This document shows positions 56,400 to 64,000 of a DNA stretch of 64,000 nt, piece after piece. Source of the stretch: an uncultured Actinomycetes bacterium (lineage in GTDB: Bacteria > Actinomycetota > Actinomycetes > Streptosporangiales > Streptosporangiaceae); contig CAVPSA010000020.1 in assembly GCA_963707905.1 (NCBI GenBank), positions 4,320-68,319 on the forward strand, written 5' to 3'. How positions within the stretch are numbered: the first letter of the stretch is position 1; the number at the start of each line of letters is the position of its first letter. The translations under genes and the position numbers were made by a program. Below the pieces are notes generated by a model, which saw only the letters and a list, made by a program, of their open reading frames with translations, made no database searches and had not been told where the DNA came from.

Positions 56400-57137
56400 C
56401 GGCGAGGTGCTGGCCAGCCAGGCCAGCCCTGAACCGGGTTCGGTTAGGCAGTGGCCACGGCCCCGCGAAAGCGGTGGCTGATAGGGGGCGGACAGGGCTT
56501 GACGCGGTGCCTGGGCATGGACCGCAAGGACCCGCCATGCGGGTCCGCGCGGCACGACCAGTCCAGGAGCTGGGTGGGCAGCTCGTGTGCCCGGCAGGCT
56601 CTGGCCGCAGCCGGGCCCGCGGCGGCGAGATCCCGAATCGCGGGCAGGAACAGTGTGGGCTGGCCTGCCAGCGACTGCGGGGGACGGCGACCACGCCGGA
56701 AGGACTGGCGGCGCCATCGGCTGTCGGTGCAGGTCATCGGCTGCTGGCCGGGCCCGGGCGACTGTCGTTGTCCCGGTACATACCGGGTGCCACAGGGCCG
56801 GGGATCCTGTGGCGAACCGGGTCCCGCGGGCGGCGCTCTCATGAGCGGCGCCTTGGCGGGTAGTAATACTCCTGCGGGCGGCGGTCGGAGTGGGCACGGC
56901 CCTCCGGGCACGGTCCTGTGGGTGGCGGCGAAGCTGCTGACCGCATAGCCCGCCGTGAGCGCTGAGGTACGGCTGCCGGAACCACCGGTGGCCGGGCTGG
57001 CCCGGCTGGCCGGTTCGCCGGCAGTCGTCGTCCGCGCAGCAACACGCCGCGCATGGCGCGCCTGACCCCTCGCCACAGGGATCAGCCCTGGCTCCGCACC
57101 ACGGAGCCGGGGCCCGCGAGCAGGATTGAGGTGTGCC

Positions 57138-58814
57138 ATGAGCAACACAATCGCTGTAGTGATCGCGGTGATCGGGATCCTTGCGCTGTTCGCCGTTGCA
57201 GGTGCGTTGTTCGCCGTCGTGCGCAAGGCCGGGAACCGCACGGTTCCGGCACCCCAGGAAATCGCCGCAGCCCACTCATCCGCCAGCCCAGCGCTGGCCG
57301 CCGAGGCAGAACGCCGGGCGGCGGAGGCTGGCCGCGCCGCGGAACGGCGCCTCGAAGAAGCTGGCCAGGCCGCCGAGCAGATCCGGGCCAGCGCGGAGTC
57401 TGACGCGGCGGCCATCGTGCGGCGGGCCGAGGAGTCGGTGCGCCAGGTCACGCAGGCACAGCGAGCAGCCGAGGAACAGGTCCAGGCAACCAGGGAGGAA
57501 GCCGTCCAGCTTCGCGCCGATCTCGAACGCAGGGAGGCGCGCCTTGCCGAGCGTGAAGGCAGGCTGGATGGCGAACTGCGCAAGCTGGAACAGCGGTCCG
57601 CAGAGCTGGAGGGGACCCGGGCCGGACTCGACGCCCAGCGCGCCGAGCTTGCCCGGCTGGACGACGAGCGCCTTGCGGTACTGGAGCGGGCCGCCGGGCT
57701 GACCGCCGAGCAGGCCAAGACCGAACTCGTCGCCACCATCGAGAACCAGGCCAAACGCGAGGCCACGCTGATCGTCCGCGAGGCCGAGACCCAGGCCCGC
57801 CGCGACGGGGAAGAGCGGGCCAGGCGGATCGTGACCCTCGCCATCCAACGGGTCGCGAGCGAGCAGACCAGCGAGTCCGTGGTCTCGGTACTGCACCTTC
57901 CCGGCGAGGAGATGAAGGGCAGGATCATCGGCCGCGAAGGCCGCAACATCCGCGCCTTCGAGTCGGTGACCGGGGTCAACCTGATCATCGACGACACGCC
58001 CGAGGCTGTCCTGCTGTCCTGCTTCGACCCGGTCCGGCGGGAGGTGGGCAGGCTCGCACTGGAGAAGCTGGTGCTCGACGGCCGCATCCACCCCCAGCGG
58101 ATCGAGGAGGCCTACGACCGCAGCAAGGCCGAAGTGGAGCAACTGTGCGAGCGCGCCGGTGAGGACGCCATGGTCGACTTGGCCATCACCGACATGCACC
58201 CGGAACTGGTGACGCTGCTCGGCCAGCTCCGCTACCGCACCTCCTACGGCCAGAACGTGCTCGCCCACCTGGTGGAGTCCGCACATATCGCCGCCATGAT
58301 GGCCAGCGAGCTGGGCATGGACCCCGTGCTGCTCAAGCGGTGCACCGTGCTGCACGACATCGGCAAGGCACTGACCCACGAGGTGGAGGGCAGCCATGCC
58401 CTCATCGGCGCGGAGATCGCACACAAGTACGGCGAGTCGGCTGACGTGGTCCACGCCATCGAAGCGCACCACAACGAGGTCGAGGTCCGCACCGTCGAAG
58501 CCGTCCTCACCCAGGCCGCCGACGCGATCAGTGGCAGCAGGCCGGGGGCCCGGCGCGAGTCGCTGGAGGCGTACGTCAAGCGGCTGGAGCGCCTTGAGGA
58601 GATCGCGACCGCCCACGAGGGCGTGGACAAGGTGTTCGCGATGCAGGCCGGGCGGGAGATCCGGGTCATGGTGAAGCCGGATCGGGTCGATGACATTCAG
58701 GCGCAGGTCATTGCGCGGGACGTGGCCAAGCAGGTTGAAGAGGAGCTGACTTATCCGGGGCAGATCCGGGTCACGGTGGTGCGTGAATCGCGGGCTACTG
58801 AGTTCGCGCGTTGA
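57138..58814 (+). CDS. rny: Ribonuclease Y
   Basis: N-terminal TM (IAVVIAVIGILALFAVAGALFAVV), long coiled coil, KH domain (GRIIGREGRNIRAFESVTGVNLIIDD), HD domain (LHDIGKALTHEVEGSHALIGAEIA). ATG at 57138 follows GAGGTG. Confidence 0.92.
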   Translation: MSNTIAVVIAVIGILALFAVAGALFAVVRKAGNRTVPAPQEIAAAHSSASPALAAEAERRAAEAGRAAERRLEEAGQAAEQIRASAESDAAAIVRRAEESVRQVTQAQRAAEEQVQATREEAVQLRADLERREARLAEREGRLDGELRKLEQRSAELEGTRAGLDAQRAELARLDDERLAVLERAAGLTAEQAKTELVATIENQAKREATLIVREAETQARRDGEERARRIVTLAIQRVASEQTSESVVSVLHLPGEEMKGRIIGREGRNIRAFESVTGVNLIIDDTPEAVLLSCFDPVRREVGRLALEKLVLDGRIHPQRIEEAYDRSKAEVEQLCERAGEDAMVDLAITDMHPELVTLLGQLRYRTSYGQNVLAHLVESAHIAAMMASELGMDPVLLKRCTVLHDIGKALTHEVEGSHALIGAEIAHKYGESADVVHAIEAHHNEVEVRTVEAVLTQAADAISGSRPGARRESLEAYVKRLERLEEIATAHEGVDKVFAMQAGREIRVMVKPDRVDDIQAQVIARDVAKQVEEELTYPGQIRVTVVRESRATEFAR

Positions 58815-61093
58815 CACGCCCAGGCTAGGGCGGCACCAGCATTGCTCTGAACAGCGGGACAAAACGCTGTCCAGAGCAACCCTGGTGCCGTTGGGATGAG
58901 CTGCGCTGCTCCGGCTCGGCACGGGCTTAGGCGCGGGAGGGTTGCTCTCGGGCGATTGCTCTCTGGGGGCTGGCGGGGCTGCGGCGGCCGCTTCGTGGAG
59001 GGGGGAGCGGGGGGTGGTTCCGGGGCTGGTGGGGGTTCGGCTGGGGGAGCGGGTTCGGGGATGTCGGGGGCGGTGGTGTGGAGTCTTAGCATCGGGGTGT
59101 CGGGGTGGGGGAAGTTCAGGGTTTGGGCGTAGAGGGAGAGTTCGGCCTCGATGGCGGCGATGATCGTTTCGGGGTGGCGGAAGCCGTGGGACTCGTCTTT
59201 GAACTCGAGCAGGGCGTGGGGGATGCCCTGGTGGGTGAGCTGGGCTGCCAGTGCGTGGGCCTGGGCCGGGGGGACGACCGGGTCGTCCTGGCCGTGTAGC
59301 TGGAGGATGGGGCAGGTCTCGGTGCTGACGCGCTGGGCGGGGGAACGCTCGGCGTAGGCCGCCGCGAAACCGGGCAGCGGGCCGATCAGGCCGTCGGTGT
59401 ACCTGGACTCGAAATCATGCGTGGTGGCGGCGAAACTGCGCGGGTCGGTGATGCCGTAGTAGGACGTGGCGGCCTTGAACGGGCTGCCGGCAGCATGTGC
59501 GGTAACCGCCGCCAGGGCGGTCCAGCCGCCCGCGGAGGCACCGCGGATCACCAGCCTGGCGCCGTCCGCGTCGCCGGAATTGACCAGCGCCTGCGCTGCC
59601 GCGATCACGTCCTCCACGTCGACCACGCCCCACTGGTGGCGCAGCCGCTCCCGGTACACCCGGCCATAGCCGGCCGAGCCGCCGTAGTTCACGTCGATGA
59701 CGCCGATGCCCCGGCTGGTGAAGTACGCCTTTTCCAGGTCAAGCCTGCGGTCTGCCTGCGATGCCGGGCCGCCGTGTGCCCAGACCACGTACGGCGGCAG
59801 CTCCCCCGCACCGGCCGTCGCCTCCGGATTGGCGGGCGGGTATACCCAGGCGTGCACCTCCTGGCCGAACTTCCCTTCGAACTCCAGCTTGCGTGCCTTG
59901 GGCAGGTACCCGGACGCGGGCAGGCGCCCGGCCGGCGAATAGAGCTTTTTCGCCTTCCCCGTGGTCATGTCGACCCGGATCACCGACATCGGCGTGCTCG
60001 GCCCGCCGGCCACCAGCACGACGGACATGCCGTCCGCGGACAGCTCGGGCGCGAAGTTCTGGTACGGGATGTCCAGGTCGGTCAGTTCCCCGGTCGTGGG
60101 GTCGAGCAGGCCCAGCCGCAGCCCACCGCAGCCGTGCAGCACCGCGAGCTGCCCGTCGGCCAGCACCGCGTACGGGCGCTGCCCGAGCTGCCACAGCGGT
60201 GCGGCAAACTCCTCCTCGGCCGGGTAGACCGCCTCGGCGGGCCCGGCGGCCACGCTCAGCAGGTAGAGGTTCCACCAGCCCGGCCAGTCGGAGATCAGGT
60301 ACAGGCTCGTGTCGTCGTGCCAGACCGGGGCCAGGACGGACTCACTCACGCCGCCCTTGACCAGCCCGCCCTTGCCGGGGATCGGCTCGTCCACCCGGGC
60401 CACCCGCAGCTCGGTGCCGTCCCACGGCATCCGCGGATGGTTCCAGCACACCCAGGCCAGGCGGCGGCCGTCGGGGGAGGGCGTCGGGAACGCGTAGAAA
60501 TCGGCCCCGCTGGTCAGTTCGCGGATCGCGCCGGCATCCCCGGCGGCCGAGCCGTCCAGCGGCACCGCGACGATCGCGCGGGTCACCTGGCCGGCTTCGT
60601 GCCGCTCCTGTACGCACCAAACTTCCCGCTTGTCCGGCGACAAGGCAAAGTCTGCAAAACGAAACTCCGGGGTACCCGGCTCCGGCAGCGGCGCGGGGGT
60701 CAGCGGCCGGGGCGTGCTGCCGGCTCCGTCCGTACCTGGCTCATCCGCGAGGTAGAGGCGCTGGTCAGCGAAGTTCGCGAAGACGATCGCCCAGGACTGC
60801 CCGCCCCCCCGCCGCGCCGCGCGCACCGGAAGGTAGGACCGTCCACCGTACTCGTGCACCCGGGTCCGGGCATTCCACGGGGCAGACAGCACCTGCCTGG
60901 GCTTTCCCGCCGCTCCCAGGTGAACGACCGTGGCCCGGCCCAGCTCCCCGGGCAGGGTTTCCTGCCACCACACCTCGCCGTCGATCGTCACGGGAAACGA
61001 AACCTGGCGGTACTGGCCGGCGACATCCGCCGCGGTGATGGGCGAAGGCCAGGTACCGCACGGGAGGGGCCGCGCGGCAGTGGTGTCTGTCAT
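58751..61093 (-). CDS. S9-family prolyl oligopeptidase / acylaminoacyl-peptidase-like serine hydrolase with a Pro-rich C-terminal tail
   Basis: N-terminal propeller-type region, then the alpha/beta-hydrolase GASAGGW nucleophile elbow, [12 protein letters not shown] and ESHGF. ATG at 61093. The last ~130 aa are low complexity and overlap the rny 3' end by 64 nt. Confidence 0.8.
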   Translation of the reverse strand: MTDTTAARPLPCGTWPSPITAADVAGQYRQVSFPVTIDGEVWWQETLPGELGRATVVHLGAAGKPRQVLSAPWNARTRVHEYGGRSYLPVRAARRGGGQSWAIVFANFADQRLYLADEPGTDGAGSTPRPLTPAPLPEPGTPEFRFADFALSPDKREVWCVQERHEAGQVTRAIVAVPLDGSAAGDAGAIRELTSGADFYAFPTPSPDGRRLAWVCWNHPRMPWDGTELRVARVDEPIPGKGGLVKGGVSESVLAPVWHDDTSLYLISDWPGWWNLYLLSVAAGPAEAVYPAEEEFAAPLWQLGQRPYAVLADGQLAVLHGCGGLRLGLLDPTTGELTDLDIPYQNFAPELSADGMSVVLVAGGPSTPMSVIRVDMTTGKAKKLYSPAGRLPASGYLPKARKLEFEGKFGQEVHAWVYPPANPEATAGAGELPPYVVWAHGGPASQADRRLDLEKAYFTSRGIGVIDVNYGGSAGYGRVYRERLRHQWGVVDVEDVIAAAQALVNSGDADGARLVIRGASAGGWTALAAVTAHAAGSPFKAATSYYGITDPRSFAATTHDFESRYTDGLIGPLPGFAAAYAERSPAQRVSTETCPILQLHGQDDPVVPPAQAHALAAQLTHQGIPHALLEFKDESHGFRHPETIIAAIEAELSLYAQTLNFPHPDTPMLRLHTTAPDIPEPAPPAEPPPAPEPPPAPPSTKRPPQPRQPPESNRPRATLPRLSPCRAGAAQLIPTAPGLLWTAFCPAVQSNAGAALAWACQRANSVARDSRTTVTRICPG

Positions 61094-61174
61094 GCCAACA
61101 TGGTCCACCAAGGCCGGGCTGGCCACGGGAGATTCCGGATATGCCGAGGGGTGCGCGTACCCTCGTTTGTTGAC

Positions 61175-62650
61175 ATGAACACGGTCCGCACTTACGAGAT
61201 ACGCACCTACGGGTGCCAGATGAACTTTCACGACTCCGAGCGCCTCGCCGGCCTGCTCGAGGAGTCGGGTTACCAGCGCGTGGATCAGGGTGCCGCGCCC
61301 GACGTGGTCGTGTTCAACACCTGCGCGGTACGGGAGAACGCCGACAACCGGCTGTACGGGAACCTTGGCCACCTGCTGCCGGTGAAGTCCGCGCACCCGG
61401 GCATGCAGATCGCGGTGGGCGGCTGCCTGGCACAGAAGGACCGGGCCGGGATCGCCGAGCGGGCCCCGTGGGTGGACGTGGTGTTCGGCACGCACAACAT
61501 CGGATCGCTGCCGGCGCTGCTGGAACGAGCCCGGGTGCAGGCCGAGGCACAGGTCGAGATCGCCGAATCGCTGGAGCGGTTCCCCTCCGTGCTGCCCGTG
61601 CGCCGCGAGTCCCCGTACGCGGCGTGGGTGGCCATCTCCGTGGGCTGCAACAACACCTGCACGTTCTGCATCGTGCCGAGCCTGCGCGGCCGGGAGGAGG
61701 ACCGCCGCCCCGGCGACGTGCTTGCCGAGGTCACGGCGCTGGCCAGCGAGGGCGTACTTGAGGTCACGCTGCTCGGGCAGAACGTCAACTCCTACGGAGC
61801 GGGATTTGGGGACCGGCAGGCGTTCAGCAAACTCTTGCGGGCCTGTGGGGCAATCGACGGGCTCGAACGGGTGCGCTTCACCTCGCCGCACCCGCGGGAC
61901 TTCACCGCCGACGTGATCGCGGCGATGGCGGAGACGCCGAACGTCATGCCGAGCCTGCACATGCCGCTGCAATCGGGCTCGGACGCGGTGCTCCGGGCCA
62001 TGCGCCGGTCCTACCGGCAGGAGCGGTACCTGGGCATCCTGGAGCAGGTGCGGGCGGCCATCCCGGACGCGGCCATCACCACGGACATCATCGTGGGCTT
62101 TCCCGGTGAGACCGAGCAGGACTTCGCCGGCACCCTGGACACCGTGCGGGCGGCCCGGTTCGCCGGCGCGTTCACGTTCCAGTACTCGCAGCGGCCGGGC
62201 ACGCCGGCGGCGGCCATGCCCGGCCAGGTGCCCCCGGACGTGGTGGCCGAGCGGTACGGGCGGCTCACCGCTTTGGTCGCGGAGATCGCGGGCGCGGAAA
62301 ACGAGGCGCTCGTCGGCCGCGAGGTCGAGGTGCTCGTGGCCGAAGGGGAAGGGCGCAAGGACAGCGCCACCCACCGCGCCAGCGGGCGGGCGCGGGACAA
62401 CCGGCTCGTCCACTTCGCGCCCTCGGGGACGGCGCCGCGCCCCGGCGACGTGGTGACCACGGTGGTGACCAAGGCGGCGCCGCATTACCTGATCGCGGAC
62501 CAGCCGCCGGTGACGGTGCGGCGGACCCGGGGCGGGGACGCATGGCAGGCCCGCAAGGACGGCCTGGCACCGCCGGCTGCCGGCGACATAGCCGCCAGCA
62601 CGCCGCCGGTCCTGCTGGGCATGCCCGCCCTCGGCCGGCCGGGCTCCTGA
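61175..62650 (+). CDS. miaB: tRNA-2-methylthio-N6-dimethylallyladenosine synthase MiaB (radical SAM)
   Basis: [48 protein letters not shown] (CxxxCxxC), C-terminal TRAM domain. ATG at 61175. Confidence 0.92.
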   Translation: MNTVRTYEIRTYGCQMNFHDSERLAGLLEESGYQRVDQGAAPDVVVFNTCAVRENADNRLYGNLGHLLPVKSAHPGMQIAVGGCLAQKDRAGIAERAPWVDVVFGTHNIGSLPALLERARVQAEAQVEIAESLERFPSVLPVRRESPYAAWVAISVGCNNTCTFCIVPSLRGREEDRRPGDVLAEVTALASEGVLEVTLLGQNVNSYGAGFGDRQAFSKLLRACGAIDGLERVRFTSPHPRDFTADVIAAMAETPNVMPSLHMPLQSGSDAVLRAMRRSYRQERYLGILEQVRAAIPDAAITTDIIVGFPGETEQDFAGTLDTVRAARFAGAFTFQYSQRPGTPAAAMPGQVPPDVVAERYGRLTALVAEIAGAENEALVGREVEVLVAEGEGRKDSATHRASGRARDNRLVHFAPSGTAPRPGDVVTTVVTKAAPHYLIADQPPVTVRRTRGGDAWQARKDGLAPPAAGDIAASTPPVLLGMPALGRPGS

Positions 62651-62712
62651 CCGGGCCGCACACGGCGGCCCCGGGATGGCCGGCGTGAGCATAGCTACGG
62701 CAAACTGACGCC

Positions 62713-63450
62713 ATGCTGATCGCTGGGGCCGTTTGCCCGCACCCGCCCCTGCTGATCCCGGAGGCGCTCGGCTCGGCCGCCAGCGACCCCCCGGATGAGC
62801 TGCGCAAGGTGACCGCCGCAGCAGCCCGGGCCGTCGCGGGGCTCGCGGGCGCGCGGCCCGGGCTGATCGTGGTGGTCGGCGGCGGCGCCGCGGACCGCGA
62901 GTACGGCCCGGACGCCTCCGGCGGGCTGCACGCGTTCGGGGTCGGCGTGACCGTCGGCGCGGGCGAGCCGGTCCTGCCGCTGTCGCTGACCGTGGGCCGC
63001 TGGCTGCTTGAGCAGGGCGGCATCCTGGACCGCGACGGGGCGGCGGCGGGCGGTGTGGCGGTGGTGTTCCAGGAGGTGGCCCGGTCCGCCGCCGCGGGCG
63101 ACTGCATCAAGCTCGGCCGGATTCTCGCCGACCGTGCCCCGCGCGTCGCGCTGCTCGCCATGGGCGACGCGTGCGCCCGGCCTGCCCGGGAGGCGCCCGG
63201 CGTGCCCGACCCGGACGCGCAGGACTACGACGAGGAGGTCGCCGAGGCGCTCGCCGCCGCGGATGCCCGCTGGCTCGCCCGGCTGGACCCGGCCCTGGAC
63301 GAGGAGCTTGTAGTGGCTGGCCGGGCGGCGTGGCAGGTGCTGGCGGGCGCGGCAGGCGGGCGCCGCATGCAGGGACGGCTGCTGTGCATGTCCGCCCCCT
63401 ACGGGGTCACCTACCTGGTCGCCTCCTGGGAGGAGCCCCGGCCGGACTGA
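62713..63450 (+). CDS. Class III extradiol dioxygenase subunit-B-like (LigB/Memo superfamily) protein, function unknown
   Basis: MLIAGAVCPHPPLLIPE N-terminus and overall size fit the LigB-like fold proteins found between miaB and dapF in actinobacteria. Assigned from memory only. Confidence 0.4.
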   Translation: MLIAGAVCPHPPLLIPEALGSAASDPPDELRKVTAAAARAVAGLAGARPGLIVVVGGGAADREYGPDASGGLHAFGVGVTVGAGEPVLPLSLTVGRWLLEQGGILDRDGAAAGGVAVVFQEVARSAAAGDCIKLGRILADRAPRVALLAMGDACARPAREAPGVPDPDAQDYDEEVAEALAAADARWLARLDPALDEELVVAGRAAWQVLAGAAGGRRMQGRLLCMSAPYGVTYLVASWEEPRPD

Positions 63451-63508
63451 CGCCATGCCGCCGCGGGCGCCGGTGACCTGCCGGGGGAGCGCTGACTACG
63501 ATCGGGCC

Positions 63509-64000
63509 ATGCGGTTCGCGAAGGGGCACGGCACCGAGAACGACTTCGTGATCCTGCTCGACCCCGACGGCTCCAGCGGGCTCACCGCCGGTCTCACGGC
63601 CCGGCTGTGCGACCGGCGGGCCGGGATCGGCGCGGACGGGGTGCTCCGGGCGGTGCGGGCCGCGGCGTGCGGGGTTGCCGGGCGTGCGGACCGGGAGGCA
63701 GGGGCCGCCGGCGGCGCCGGCGGGCCGGAATGGTTCATGGACTACCGCAACGCCGACGGCAGCCTGGCGGAAATGTGCGGCAACGGGATCCGGGTGTTCG
63801 CGCGCTACCTGGTGCGGCATGGCCTTGGGGCAGGCCCCGAGTTCAGCGTGGCCACCCGGTCCGGGCCGCGCCGGATCCGGCTGGACGACGACGGCGGGGT
63901 CACCGTGGACATGGGCGCCGTGGCCGTGCTCGGCCCGGGCAGTGCCGTCATCGCTGGCCAGGCGCGTCCGGGGCTGCGGGTGTCGGTGGGGAACCCGCAC
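63509..64000 (+). CDS. dapF: Diaminopimelate epimerase (3' end cut by the window edge)
   Basis: Manual translation: MRFAKGHGTENDFVILLDPDG...CDRRAGIGADGVLR...FMDYRNADGSLAEMCGNGIRVFARYL...RVSVGNPH. Not in the ORF track because no stop is reached. Confidence 0.9.
   Translation, partial: MRFAKGHGTENDFVILLDPDGSSGLTAGLTARLCDRRAGIGADGVLRAVRAAACGVAGRADREAGAAGGAGGPEWFMDYRNADGSLAEMCGNGIRVFARYLVRHGLGAGPEFSVATRSGPRRIRLDDDGGVTVDMGAVAVLGPGSAVIAGQARPGLRVSVGNPH

Noticed and set aside
56451-56948. 165-aa plus-strand ORF (hand-counted GC3 ~78%) inside the recX-rny spacer.
   Set aside because: The protein is rich in Trp, Cys and Arg with no hydrophobic core pattern or motif. GC3 is below that of genuine genes here. 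Treated as non-coding.

Overview
High-GC (about 70% or more) actinobacterial chromosome segment, annotated by eye with no database search. It carries the conserved housekeeping neighbourhood dapA-rnj-ftsK-(rodZ-like)-rimO-pgsA-cinA-clgR-like ... lhr ... DUF3046-recA-recX-rny-miaB-dapF. To its left are glyA, a malic enzyme, a cell-envelope glycosylation cluster (GtrA plus an epimerase-GT2 fusion plus a secreted DUF1906/7-blade propeller protein), a dynamin-like GTPase pair, an HtrA-like protease, an SSB paralog, ettA, trHbO, a NiCoT transporter and an acyl-CoA dehydrogenase/diiron pair. The far left (nt 1 to ~3090) is a roughly 48% GC foreign block: an N6-adenine methyltransferase with fused specificity domain (cut by the window edge), a MarR regulator and a primary-like sigma-70. 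A decayed ParE/antitoxin pair follows, then tRNA-Arg(UCU). Main observations: (1) recA has textbook SOS-box and RecA-NDp promoters and a RecA-b-site intein, but is broken by four single-base insertions. (2) ftsK carries a 493-aa LAGLIDADG intein with class-3 hallmarks (Ala1, Trp-Cys-Thr triplet) inserted in the Walker-A loop. (3) lhr is split into two overlapping ORFs. (4) Two perfect DnaA boxes sit upstream of an SSB paralog that lacks the acidic tail. (5) Short tandem repeats are common, both in-frame in genes and as MIRU-like intergenic arrays. (6) Several 0.6-0.9 kb spacers have no credible ORF, notably recX-rny. Many long antisense shadow ORFs in the track are GC artefacts and were rejected.
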